Virus record (IMG/VR): IMGVR_UViG_3300009180_000048 | Span: 1 to 55,977 of that record | Origin: a virus | Taxonomy: Duplodnaviria; Caudoviricetes | DNA: 55,977 nt | Direction: 5' to 3' (one strand) | Shown here: positions 30,778 through 39,015 of the stretch, piece by piece | Position numbering within the stretch: the first letter of the stretch is position 1 | Layout of the letters: each line of letters starts with the position of its first letter | Made by a program: the position numbers and the translations under genes | The notes under the pieces: model-generated | Told to the model about the DNA's origin: nothing | Databases searched by the model: none | The model's input: the letters and a program-made list of their open reading frames with translations, nothing else

Positions 30778-30786
30778 TACATTTAG

Positions 30787-30815
30787 TTGACAATATTTTC
30801 TGTACACTCTATTAT
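30787..30815 (+). promoter_or_regulatory. Canonical sigma70-type promoter TTGACA-N17-TATTAT
   Basis: Consensus match with 17-nt spacer. Confidence 0.65.
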
Positions 30816-30837
30816 CTGAGAAAGATAAGGAGTTTAC

Positions 30838-31272
30838 ATGTCAGCAGAACCGTTTCAGACTACCCGCTTGCAAGAGCTTACAGCAGAGTTGGCAGTTGGT
30901 GGGGAGGGAGCAAGCCCCGTTCGTGGCCAAGGGCTTATCAATTTGCTTAGCGCCTTGGCATTCGACCTGAACGCAATGATTGACGTTACAGTAGCGACCA
31001 TTTTGGATAACCACCAGCTTACGAAGGATTCTACCACCTTCCAGAAGCTTGATCCTAACGGTGCAGATAGGGATCTTCGCCTACCAAATCCAAGCGATAT
31101 GGGTCTGAAGTTGTTTATTATTGTCAATGGTGCCGACGCCGCAGAGTCAATTGTTGTCAAGACCTTCAGTGAAGGCGCTACTGTTGGTACTTTGGCACAG
31201 AACAAGGCAGGATTCTTCATTCTGAATAATGGAGCATGGGTCAAGCTCTGCACGCTTACCATTACCATCTAA
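30838..31272 (+). CDS. Probable small virion (decoration / fibre-like) protein
   Basis: AAGGAG SD; own promoter and terminator; beta-rich C-terminus. Confidence 0.55.
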   Translation: MSAEPFQTTRLQELTAELAVGGEGASPVRGQGLINLLSALAFDLNAMIDVTVATILDNHQLTKDSTTFQKLDPNGADRDLRLPNPSDMGLKLFIIVNGADAAESIVVKTFSEGATVGTLAQNKAGFFILNNGAWVKLCTLTITI

Positions 31273-31324
31273 CTAATTATCGGTAATCGATTACCGATCA
31301 AGTTACCATCTATTTGGTAGACAT

Positions 31325-31355
31325 AAAAGAGCGGGAAACCGCTCTTTTTGTTTTA
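31325..31355 (+). terminator. Intrinsic terminator AAAAGAGCGG-GAAA-CCGCTCTTTT
   Basis: GC stem, GAAA loop, T-tract. Confidence 0.8.
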
Positions 31356-31404
31356 TTCCAAAGATATGTTAGCTGTAATATACAGACAGAACGGAAGGTG
31401 AACG

Positions 31405-32070
31405 ATGGCGGGAATAACAGGTTTAGCGCAAGCGATTATAAATGGACCTGAGTATGGCCGCCCTGGTAAGATGATAATTACGGCGCTTGAGGACAATGGA
31501 GGTTTCTTTTTGCCTTCACAGAGTCGGGATTTTCCATGGCCAGAGAGTTTGAGTTTTACACGGTCGGCTAATTATGACAGCAAGCAAATTCCTGGCGGTA
31601 CAGGGGAGTTACACCAATGGACGGGGACAACGGCTAATGAGTTTAGTTTAACGTTTAAGCTCATGAGGGATATACGACCGAGGGAGAGTTTACCGATAAT
31701 AACGCGGATAGTGGTAGATCCACAGAGTCAAACGAATCAGGCGCATAACCGGGATATAATGCTTGACATAGAGTTTCTGAGTCAATTTGTGCTTCCGAAG
31801 TATTCGAGTTTAGACGGATACATGTTGCCTAAGCCGCCCCCATTGATTATGGTACAGTTAGAGGGATTGAAGATAGGCTACGCAGCGGGAAACGACTATA
31901 TGATATGCGTTGCTACGGGGATAACATGGGAGATAATACAGTCATTTCCTGATGGAACACCAAGGATAGCGACGGTGGAATTACCGCTTAAGGAGACGTT
32001 TTACGATAGCAGTGGTAATATCGTTATGCACGATAGGAGTAATTTACTGCTTGACCGTTTCAACGTATAG
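31405..32070 (+). CDS. Tube-initiator / CIS tube-like baseplate protein (Afp7/Pvc7-like)
   Basis: PESLSFTRSANY, PPPLI, FPDGTPRIATVELPLKE. Confidence 0.7.
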   Translation: MAGITGLAQAIINGPEYGRPGKMIITALEDNGGFFLPSQSRDFPWPESLSFTRSANYDSKQIPGGTGELHQWTGTTANEFSLTFKLMRDIRPRESLPIITRIVVDPQSQTNQAHNRDIMLDIEFLSQFVLPKYSSLDGYMLPKPPPLIMVQLEGLKIGYAAGNDYMICVATGITWEIIQSFPDGTPRIATVELPLKETFYDSSGNIVMHDRSNLLLDRFNV

Positions 32071-32071
32071 C

Positions 32072-32133
32072 CTGTAAAGGAATTGCAAAGACGGCCTATT
32101 AGCGGTTGTAGAGCATCCCAGACAGGATATGAT
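32072..32133 (+). promoter_or_regulatory. Class F promoter
   Basis: CTGTAAA 32072, TTGCAAA 32083, TATGAT 32128. Confidence 0.7.
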
Positions 32134-32155
32134 CCTCTTTGAAAAGGAGGAACAG

Positions 32156-32482
32156 ATGATCGGAAACGTTATCCTTAATCGTACCATGGAGCTTCCAGAG
32201 TACGATACATCAGTGATCCCGTTACCGCTTAGGGATCACTCTCTGAAATCGATTACCAAGTTGAAAAATAAAGGCTTCTTTGTGAGGGAGCTAAAAGCCT
32301 CAACCACGATCTCAACCACTGAGGTTAGAATTGGGATTGCTCCTCTATCCCAGATAAGGGTTAGTGACATTCCAGATGGGGAAGTTGTAATTACCCTATC
32401 TGGAGGGAAAGTATCGTTTTCATTCTGTGGAATTCGGTATTCCGAATCGGCCTTTAAGGAGCGGGTAACGAATGGGGTTTAA
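32156..32482 (+). CDS. Hypothetical protein
   Basis: AAGGAGG SD. Confidence 0.6.
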   Translation: MIGNVILNRTMELPEYDTSVIPLPLRDHSLKSITKLKNKGFFVRELKASTTISTTEVRIGIAPLSQIRVSDIPDGEVVITLSGGKVSFSFCGIRYSESAFKERVTNGV

Positions 32483-32822
32483 GCCTCATATTATTGGATA
32501 TGGAGAACCCTATGCCTACCGCCACCGTAGGCTCTCTCCCCTATTGAGAGCACGATTGCTAAGGATCGTACCAGGGACAATCCTTGACGTATTTCTTGAC
32601 AATGGATTGTTTGTCAGGACACAGGCGATCAATAGTCCACGCCAATCAAATGGTAGTTGGTTTTGCCTCATAGCCCCGGTAGAAGGGATTCCGAACGTTT
32701 CTACACCTAATGGCTATTGGTTACAACCAATAGAATCCATAAGATTTTATGGGGGATGGAATGGACATCGGAGATTTAGGAGTTATGAGGTGGAAGATTC
32801 CAACCCACTACCTAAAGGGTAA
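32472..32822 (+). CDS. Hypothetical protein
   Basis: AAGGAG SD; overlaps neighbours. Confidence 0.55.
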   Translation: MGFKPHIIGYGEPYAYRHRRLSPLLRARLLRIVPGTILDVFLDNGLFVRTQAINSPRQSNGSWFCLIAPVEGIPNVSTPNGYWLQPIESIRFYGGWNGHRRFRSYEVEDSNPLPKG

Positions 32823-33142
32823 TGATGTTTTTTCTTCCGTTAGTTTTGTTTCCTACGGCGCTTATTAGCGCATATACTCCTCACTGCACTGGTTGTACTG
32901 GAATGACAACCTCTGGAAAGAAAGCAAAGCCAGGGATGGTAAGTGCAGATCCCAGGTATTGGGAATTCGGGGACTGCATTGAGTTGCACCATCCAGAGCC
33001 TATTGGATGGAAACGATACATTGTTGAGGACACAGGAGGGAGTGTAAAGGGTCCGAATCGATTTGACGTAGTGTTTCTTTCAACCAAAGAAGCGGATCAA
33101 TTTGGTATTCAAAAACTGGAGTATCGTATATGCACGACCTAA
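32822..33142 (+). CDS. 3D (three-Asp) domain protein, putative peptidoglycan lytic transglycosylase
   Basis: SAY..TTSG, SADP, EDTGG.VKG..RFDV; hydrophobic N-terminus. Confidence 0.8.
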   Translation: MMFFLPLVLFPTALISAYTPHCTGCTGMTTSGKKAKPGMVSADPRYWEFGDCIELHHPEPIGWKRYIVEDTGGSVKGPNRFDVVFLSTKEADQFGIQKLEYRICTT

Positions 33143-33173
33143 ACATCTCGGAAATCGATTACCAGAGGTAAAT

Positions 33174-33632
33174 ATGTTCTTTCGTGTAGACGTTACATAC
33201 TACGCAGAGCGGGGTAATGGTACAGGAATAGACTGTATTGTGAGTGCGCCTTCTGAAGATATTCTTGTTAAGTATCTCTTTCAGAAGTTCATGGTAACTG
33301 ACGAGGCAGAAGCCGAATTAGTTGAGGAGATATTTGGCGTACCCCCGAAGGTAGTTAGTGTTTACTTATCTGATCTAACGGGGGATACGGACGTTATTGA
33401 GCGTGCATTATCGCTTGGCTTATCATTTATAGATGACGGCGATCCTCGCATTAGAGGATTGAAGTATAAAATGATTATTGCCTTACGTGGTGATTACTGG
33501 TCACACGTAATAGAGCGATGTTATTGTCCATACCGCTTCAGATGGACACCTATAGGCGTAGCAGACGGATTAGATATTGAGACGCTACGGACAGCGTTAG
33601 GCGCACGTTTTGTTGAGTTGCCCTACCCGTAG
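33174..33632 (+). CDS. Hypothetical protein
   Basis: GAGGT SD before ATG 33174. Confidence 0.6.
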   Translation: MFFRVDVTYYAERGNGTGIDCIVSAPSEDILVKYLFQKFMVTDEAEAELVEEIFGVPPKVVSVYLSDLTGDTDVIERALSLGLSFIDDGDPRIRGLKYKMIIALRGDYWSHVIERCYCPYRFRWTPIGVADGLDIETLRTALGARFVELPYP

Positions 33633-33694
33633 CTGTGCTACTATTCTACCCACTACCCCACTACCCCACTACCCTACCTCACCAGAGAGATACA

Positions 33695-34132
33695 ATGGGA
33701 AATCGATTACCGTTTGACGTACTAAGACCAGAGTTTGCTTATGGACAGTACCTTAAGTACAAGGGATTAGTCTTATACGTTAGACGGTCCAGACGAATTA
33801 GCGACGGGGCGCTAATCCCATGTTTTGATATTGCCAGGGTACAAGCTACTAAGAAAGGACACAAATTCTTTACAAAGTTTCTTATAGAGACATGTGAGTA
33901 TTTATCTTGTCACCATCCTGATCATGGAATATATGTAGAGTGCGTAATGAATCCAAGATTCTCTAATTACTTAGAGAGGATTGGAGGTATTAGTGATCAA
34001 CAGTTTAGCCCATCGTATATTTTCCCTCCTAACATTCTCCCCTCTCTTAGAGAGGGATTAATAAATTCCCTAACCATTTCTATCACCTGGAGAAACAATG
34101 AAGATTCAAACATCAGTAGCCTTATTTCGTGA
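33695..34132 (+). CDS. Hypothetical protein, possibly GNAT-like
   Basis: IARV..KKG..FT...IYVECVMNPRF..YLERIG pattern. Confidence 0.45.
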   Translation: MGNRLPFDVLRPEFAYGQYLKYKGLVLYVRRSRRISDGALIPCFDIARVQATKKGHKFFTKFLIETCEYLSCHHPDHGIYVECVMNPRFSNYLERIGGISDQQFSPSYIFPPNILPSLREGLINSLTISITWRNNEDSNISSLIS

Positions 34133-35210
34133 TTCACTTTCGCTTGCAGCCTCTCTTTTAAAGAGAGAGGGAACGCCGCAACAGACATCGGTATTGTTGA
34201 GAGCACACAATGATCGATTGGAGGTTATTGGCCAAGATGGCATAGTATATGCGAAGCTGCAAAGAGAATGCGTTGTTAACGAACCAGGGGACGTAGCGGT
34301 TCCGGCAAAAAATCTATTGTCGGTATTGAAAGTTCTGGCTCCGGGATCGATGACGTTTACGGCTGATAACGAAGGAAAGGGAATGGTTGTATGTGGTAAA
34401 TCACAATACAAGCTTAGCACCTTTTCTTCTGCTGATTATCCACCGGACATTACAGATGAATTTGTTGAGGTAGCGATTTTGCCAGTAGCGAAGTTTAAAT
34501 CACTTATCGACGGTATATCCCACGCGATTGCACCAGACGATAACCGGTATGGCCTGAACGGAGCACTTATAGAAACCCATACGCAGGATGGTACGGAATT
34601 TGTTCGCATGGTAGGAACGGACGGTAATCGATTATCCTTTGCGGACATTGAAGGCTCAATGAGAGAGGGATTTAAGAAGGGATCGCTTATTCCAAGGTCA
34701 TCCCTTCAGTATTTGAGCAACGGTCTTACTGGAGAGACAGTTACAATTAGTGCAGGGGAACGATGGGCAGAATTTACGAGCGGTCCATCATCCTTCCGTG
34801 TACGTTTTCTTGTGGCAGAGTTCCCTAATTACCGTGAGGTTTTACCGAGAAGCTACAAGGGATCTTTTAGTGTAAATATAAATGTACTAAAGGACGCGAT
34901 TAGACGATGTATGGTATTCTCAGACAATAGCCATACGATTAGGTTCAAGGTAGAGCCTACGATGCTTACACTCACCAGCCGTAAGCTTGATGCGGGTGAT
35001 TCCAGAGAGGAATTGGATATCGTAACGGACAGCAATGGCACCACTTCGGCCTTATTTGGCGCGAATGGTAAGTTTATCCTTGACGCATTATCTGCAACAT
35101 GGGCAGACGAGATTATATTCAATTTTGGAGATCCACTCGCCCCTTTCCTGATTGAAGGGAAAGACTGTGGAGATACACACCATATCGTTATGCCCCTGCG
35201 TCTCGAATAA
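34098..35210 (+). CDS. dnaN: DNA polymerase III beta sliding clamp
   Basis: 370 aa; DYP, RYGLNG, TDGNRL, EFPNYREVLP, C-terminal VMPLRL. Confidence 0.95.
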   Translation: MKIQTSVALFRDSLSLAASLLKREGTPQQTSVLLRAHNDRLEVIGQDGIVYAKLQRECVVNEPGDVAVPAKNLLSVLKVLAPGSMTFTADNEGKGMVVCGKSQYKLSTFSSADYPPDITDEFVEVAILPVAKFKSLIDGISHAIAPDDNRYGLNGALIETHTQDGTEFVRMVGTDGNRLSFADIEGSMREGFKKGSLIPRSSLQYLSNGLTGETVTISAGERWAEFTSGPSSFRVRFLVAEFPNYREVLPRSYKGSFSVNINVLKDAIRRCMVFSDNSHTIRFKVEPTMLTLTSRKLDAGDSREELDIVTDSNGTTSALFGANGKFILDALSATWADEIIFNFGDPLAPFLIEGKDCGDTHHIVMPLRLE

Positions 35211-35267
35211 AACAGCCTTGAATAAGAGCGCTTGAATAACAGTATCGAATAACAACCTGACTACATT

Positions 35268-35297
35268 GGGCCGATCTAAACGTCGGCCCTTTTATTT
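35268..35297 (+). terminator. Intrinsic terminator GGGCCGA/TCGGCCC-TTTT
   Basis: Hairpin plus T-tract after dnaN. Confidence 0.7.
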
Positions 35298-35346
35298 GCC
35301 CACCATTTCAGAATCCCCTACCACGGTATGATCCTAAGCCTTCAGC

Positions 35347-35400
35347 TTTACAAGTCCTTGACAAGAAATACATGTACAAGTTTTAGGGACAGGCTATGAT
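35347..35400 (+). promoter_or_regulatory. Class R promoter TTTACAA-N4-TTGACA-N31-TATGAT
   Basis: Boxes at 35347 and 35358; -10 at 35395. Confidence 0.7.
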
Positions 35401-35438
35401 GGAAACGCGGAAGGGATTTCAACTTCCTAAGGAGTCAA

Positions 35439-35984
35439 ATGAGCCAGAATCAATCCAACCAGAATCTCAACAATGACAACAACGCTAACCACTACGCAGT
35501 GGGTGTAGGGCACCGTTGGGTGCTCGTATCGCGGGATGTGGTTGCAATGAGGCAACCCAATTCGGATACGGTAACGGACCCTAATGGTGCCCCCTTGTTC
35601 AAGGGGACGGTACAAGAATTCTGTCGTAGCTTCGGCGGCAATCTTGTACCCGCACCTGACCGCCTCCCCACCAACGTCCAAGAAGCCCTTGGGATCAGCA
35701 AGCCCCAACCCAAGGCTTGGACGCCTGATCCTCGTCACGAACGGCGCAAGCGTTTGGAAGAAGTTGTCTCGACCCTTTCCGGCACCCTCGTAGTCAAGGG
35801 TGACAAAGCGATCATCACTTTGCCAGATTCCAAGGGCAAACTTGGCGTACTCCAGTTGTCCCTTGACGGGGAATTGCTGCCCTATGTTGAGAAGGGTAGC
35901 AACATCGGGCTTGGCCAAATGGGACGTGCCAAATGGCTCATTGACAACCACGGCGCGGCGCTTCGGGCGGTCGTTACCAAGTAA
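35439..35984 (+). CDS. Hypothetical early protein (C-rich codon usage)
   Basis: AAGGAG SD; own promoter. Confidence 0.7.
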   Translation: MSQNQSNQNLNNDNNANHYAVGVGHRWVLVSRDVVAMRQPNSDTVTDPNGAPLFKGTVQEFCRSFGGNLVPAPDRLPTNVQEALGISKPQPKAWTPDPRHERRKRLEEVVSTLSGTLVVKGDKAIITLPDSKGKLGVLQLSLDGELLPYVEKGSNIGLGQMGRAKWLIDNHGAALRAVVTK

Positions 35985-36019
35985 TCGATTTCCGGTTTAC
36001 AATTTCACCAGGAGTCATC

Positions 36020-36220
36020 ATGCAATTCGTGATCTATTTCGTGTTCTTTTTGATAGCCGTTATTTTGGTAGAGGTTATTTCTCGCCTTAAGGCTTGGATA
36101 CCGGACATTGGTTACCCCTTGATCATCTTTTTGTTCGGCATAGCTTCCTCAAATGCAGTTGCATACTATGAACATGAGCAAGCCAAACAAGCTGAACACA
36201 GCACAGCTATTGCACAATAG
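36020..36220 (+). CDS. Small two-TM membrane protein
   Basis: AGGAG SD; two hydrophobic segments. Confidence 0.6.
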   Translation: MQFVIYFVFFLIAVILVEVISRLKAWIPDIGYPLIIFLFGIASSNAVAYYEHEQAKQAEHSTAIAQ

Positions 36221-36260
36221 CAATAGCTTAGTTATAGTGCCTACCTATCATGGGGATTAG

Positions 36261-36515
36261 ATGTCAACCATTACCATCTCGTCATCTCACCTTAGGGTTG
36301 AGCGTAAGGCATGGTTAGCCTCCCTCCCTAAAGAGGTTCGGGATGTCATGGTTGGCCTTGTATCACCAGATCCAAGGGTAGACAGCGATCCGCTAACAGA
36401 CGGGTCTGCAATGACTGAATCCAACATGACTGAATCCAACACATTACCAGATCTATCCTTAGAGGTTCTTGACAAGAAAATCATAGCAAAAAAGTCGGGG
36501 CAGGATATGATGTAA
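36261..36515 (+). CDS. Hypothetical protein
   Basis: 84 aa; 15-bp duplication MTESN x2; overlaps the tRNA promoter. Confidence 0.4.
   Translation: MSTITISSSHLRVERKAWLASLPKEVRDVMVGLVSPDPRVDSDPLTDGSAMTESNMTESNTLPDLSLEVLDKKIIAKKSGQDMM
36469..36511 (+). promoter_or_regulatory. Class R promoter for the first tRNA group
   Basis: TTGACA 36469-N31-TATGAT 36506. Confidence 0.65.
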
Positions 36516-36584
36516 ACGTCGGTAGGGTTCTTCTCCCTACCTCTCCTCCTACCTCGGAGGATCAACCCTAATATTTTCGGATAC

Positions 36585-36656
36585 GGGGCTGTAGCCAAGT
36601 GGTTAAGGCAGGAGGCTTATACCCTCCCATCGTGGGTTCAATCCTCACCGGCCCTA
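36585..36656 (+). tRNA. tRNA-Ile(TAT)
   Basis: Cloverleaf; anticodon arm GGAGG-CTTATAC-CCTCC. Confidence 0.85.
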
Positions 36657-36722
36657 TTTACAATTCTCTACATAATACTCTCTATGTGGTAAAACCCAAA
36701 CAGGGTATATTGTAGAAGTTGA

Positions 36723-36795
36723 GCGCCCATAGCTCAGAGGATAGAGCACCGCTTTCCTAAAGCGGGGGCCACTGGTTCAAATCCAGTTGGGCGCA
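36723..36795 (+). tRNA. tRNA-Arg(CCT)
   Basis: CCGCT-TTCCTAA-AGCGG. Confidence 0.9.
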
Positions 36796-36816
36796 TCTTA
36801 CTCATTTACATTTTTT

Positions 36817-36890
36817 GCGCCCATAACTCAGATGGACAGAGTACCAGCCTTCTAAGCTGGTTGTCGGCAGTTCGAGTCTGCCTGGGCGTA
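36817..36890 (+). tRNA. tRNA-Arg(TCT)
   Basis: CCAGC-CTTCTAA-GCTGG. Confidence 0.9.
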
Positions 36891-36936
36891 CTTTCTTCAC
36901 TGTTATCGGAAATCGATTACCGATAAAGGATTCAAT

Positions 36937-37290
36937 ATGTCAGTAGGAATTCGCATCTATCGTTTAGACGATCTAAATGCTATTAGCTTAGACATTATAG
37001 CTCTTTGTATCCGTCATGAATACGACGCAGACGGATACCGCTTGGTTGGTAAGACCAGAGACAAGATCCACTGGAAATTGGATTGGCGCGTGGACGATTT
37101 GGCCAGTATCCGTCTAATCTGGATACTTAATTCTATGCCCCACATTGCGGTATGGGATCTTCCCTTCCTTAAAGAGAAGATGGTCCGTGTCTCCTATGGA
37201 GAGGACATTACAGGATTCTCTGTATCCTTACAGAATCTCCTGGCATCCAAAGGCATCAAGGATGTATTTATGGAAGAGATTACCGAATGA
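36937..37290 (+). CDS. Hypothetical protein
   Basis: AAGGA SD. Confidence 0.55.
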   Translation: MSVGIRIYRLDDLNAISLDIIALCIRHEYDADGYRLVGKTRDKIHWKLDWRVDDLASIRLIWILNSMPHIAVWDLPFLKEKMVRVSYGEDITGFSVSLQNLLASKGIKDVFMEEITE

Positions 37291-37526
37291 GTGAGTGCGG
37301 TGATAACTTCACAATTAATCTGTCTCCTTCTCTTCTATTGGAGATACCAGACAATATCGATCAGGTATCTTTATGTGCGGCGCTACATGAGCCGCCATCC
37401 TTACAGGAGATAGATGCACTTAATAGTGCATACGAGAGAATGATAGAGAAAGGTTTCGTATTCTCGCATGAGCTAAGTGATGATTCACTTAGCCATCTAA
37501 CCACCATGATTTTTAGGAGGTTCTAA
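37287..37526 (+). CDS. Hypothetical protein
   Basis: ATGA coupling. Confidence 0.5.
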   Translation: MSECGDNFTINLSPSLLLEIPDNIDQVSLCAALHEPPSLQEIDALNSAYERMIEKGFVFSHELSDDSLSHLTTMIFRRF

Positions 37527-37816
37527 TGAATATCAATATTGAAGATCGCTCCTACCTCAATGGAGTGGAGCAACACCTAAAGACTGAAGGGAATCCTTCA
37601 GATATTAATGTGTCTATTCCTGTAGACTACGATGATGCATTTTCGGAGCATGTCTATCACAAAGAAAGCTTTGATTTTGTGTCGGAGGTAATATCTAAGT
37701 TTGAGGAATTGGGATACATCTATGTATCCACAAATCACGACGATGAGCTTACGTTGGGGCGTGCATACGCGCCTCCCCAAACATTGGAGCGTTTATCATT
37801 CCACCGGGCTTCATGA
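37526..37816 (+). CDS. Hypothetical protein
   Basis: AGGAGG SD, TAATG coupling. Confidence 0.6.
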   Translation: MNINIEDRSYLNGVEQHLKTEGNPSDINVSIPVDYDDAFSEHVYHKESFDFVSEVISKFEELGYIYVSTNHDDELTLGRAYAPPQTLERLSFHRAS

Positions 37817-37924
37817 CGCGGGTACACCAGTTACCGACAACAAACGATTCACACGTTGGCTTTTTTAGCCAGTCATGATACACGTTCACTGTAACCGTCC
37901 ATAAGGACACACTGGAGAAAGACG

Positions 37925-38176
37925 ATGCTTCTGATTCTTATCACCCTTCTTATTGGCTGCCCATCACCCGCACCAAGCCAGGAACCTCCTGCACAGGTAG
38001 CGCCTGCTACCGAACCGGTAGCCTTGCCCCCCACAGAGGTAGCACCTGTAGGTGCTCCTACCGAGCCTGCTACCTCACCTGTTGAGCCCGTCCTTGTTGC
38101 TCCTCAAGCACCTACCCAAGCACCGGTAGAGCCTGTTTCGCCAGTGCCTACGGTAGTTGTCTTACCTACCCACTAA
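37925..38176 (+). CDS. Pro-rich putative lipoprotein
   Basis: MLLILITLLIG-C lipobox-like signal, then P/A/E/V repeats. Confidence 0.6.
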   Translation: MLLILITLLIGCPSPAPSQEPPAQVAPATEPVALPPTEVAPVGAPTEPATSPVEPVLVAPQAPTQAPVEPVSPVPTVVVLPTH

Positions 38177-38190
38177 TCCTTAGGGTCTTG

Positions 38191-38244
38191 CAGACAACTT
38201 CTTGACAAGAGAATCGTTGCAAGATCACCCGGAAAGGATATGAT
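38191..38244 (+). promoter_or_regulatory. Class R promoter for the main tRNA cluster
   Basis: CAGACAA 38191, TTGACAA 38202, TATGAT 38239. Confidence 0.7.
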
Positions 38245-38315
38245 GTAGGAGTTCAGAGGGAAAGGGAATTTACCCTCTCCCGATCTCAAGGAGGCTGAAT
38301 GAGCTATTTGCGGGC

Positions 38316-38459
38316 ACCCTAATACTCCTTGGATTTCCAAGGTCGTTATTAGGGTCTTCCCGATATCCTGACACATCCTTACAGGAGCCGGTTCCTTTGA
38401 ATGTGTCCGGTTTTCCAACAGGACTGGCCCTTCTCCTATATCGGAGGGGGAAGGCACCA
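38316..38459 (+). ncRNA. Candidate structured RNA in the leader of the tRNA cluster
   Basis: Nested stems (see findings); no family recognised. Confidence 0.4.
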
Positions 38460-38517
38460 CTTGAATTTCAATAAGAAACGTTTAACGTCAACGATTGAAA
38501 TACTGGACAGATAGCTT

Positions 38518-38608
38518 GGCGAAATAGCTCAACTGGTTAGAGCCCCTGTACACCCTACCGAGTAGGAACAAGCCAGGGAGGTTGAAGGTTCAAATCCTTC
38601 TTTCGCCA
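38518..38608 (+). tRNA. tRNA-like gene with an expanded 25-nt anticodon loop, identity undetermined
   Basis: Perfect acceptor GGCGAAA/TTTCGCC, canonical D and T arms. Confidence 0.7.
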
Positions 38609-38661
38609 TCTGCTGGGTAACCAGCATTTAGGAATGATACCGACGTAAGAGAAGGCAATTT

Positions 38662-38734
38662 CTGGGTATAGCGCAGTTGGTAGCGCGCCTGTTTTGGAAA
38701 CAGGAGGTCGCTGGTTCAAGTCCAGCTATCCAGA
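38662..38734 (+). tRNA. tRNA-Pro(TGG)
   Basis: CCTGT-TTTGGAA-ACAGG; C1-G72. Confidence 0.9.
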
Positions 38735-38763
38735 CTCTTTAGTTGTAAACAGCTAAGATAAGC

Positions 38764-38835
38764 GGTACGGTAGCTCAGTGGTAGAGCACTCGACTGAAAA
38801 TCGGGGTGTCGCTGGTTCAACTCCAGTCCGTACCA
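38764..38835 (+). tRNA. tRNA-Phe(GAA)
   Basis: CTCGA-CTGAAAA-TCGGG. Confidence 0.9.
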
Positions 38836-38836
38836 T

Positions 38837-38909
38837 GTGCCTATAGCTCAATTGGTAGAGCGCTGGATTGTGATTCCAGAGGTTGCGGGTTCAAGCCCCG
38901 TTAGACACC
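38837..38909 (+). tRNA. tRNA-His(GTG)
   Basis: CTGGA-TTGTGAT-TCCAG; C73. Confidence 0.85.
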
Positions 38910-38916
38910 TTTCTTT

Positions 38917-39002
38917 GGTGAGGATAGATACTGGCTAATCTGGCCCCCGTTCGAGGGGGGGTCATTTTCACTGGCTTGCAGGTTCGAGTCCTGCCCTCAC
39001 CC
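38917..39002 (+). tRNA. Non-canonical class II tRNA, anticodon TCG (Arg) or CGA (Ser)
   Basis: GGTGAGG/CCTCACC acceptor, canonical T arm, long variable arm, atypical D arm. Confidence 0.65.
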
Positions 39003-39015
39003 TTCTTTGGTTTTT

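Noticed and set aside
4232-32070. Stand-alone eCIS, tailocin or T6SS locus
   Set aside because: Neck proteins, a long tape measure, tRNAs, clamp and dense phage-type accessory genes indicate a phage; no Afp15-like ATPase seen
38250-38608. tmRNA or group I intron
   Set aside because: No G3-U70 alanyl acceptor, no tag-like reading frame, no intron core motifs, and too short
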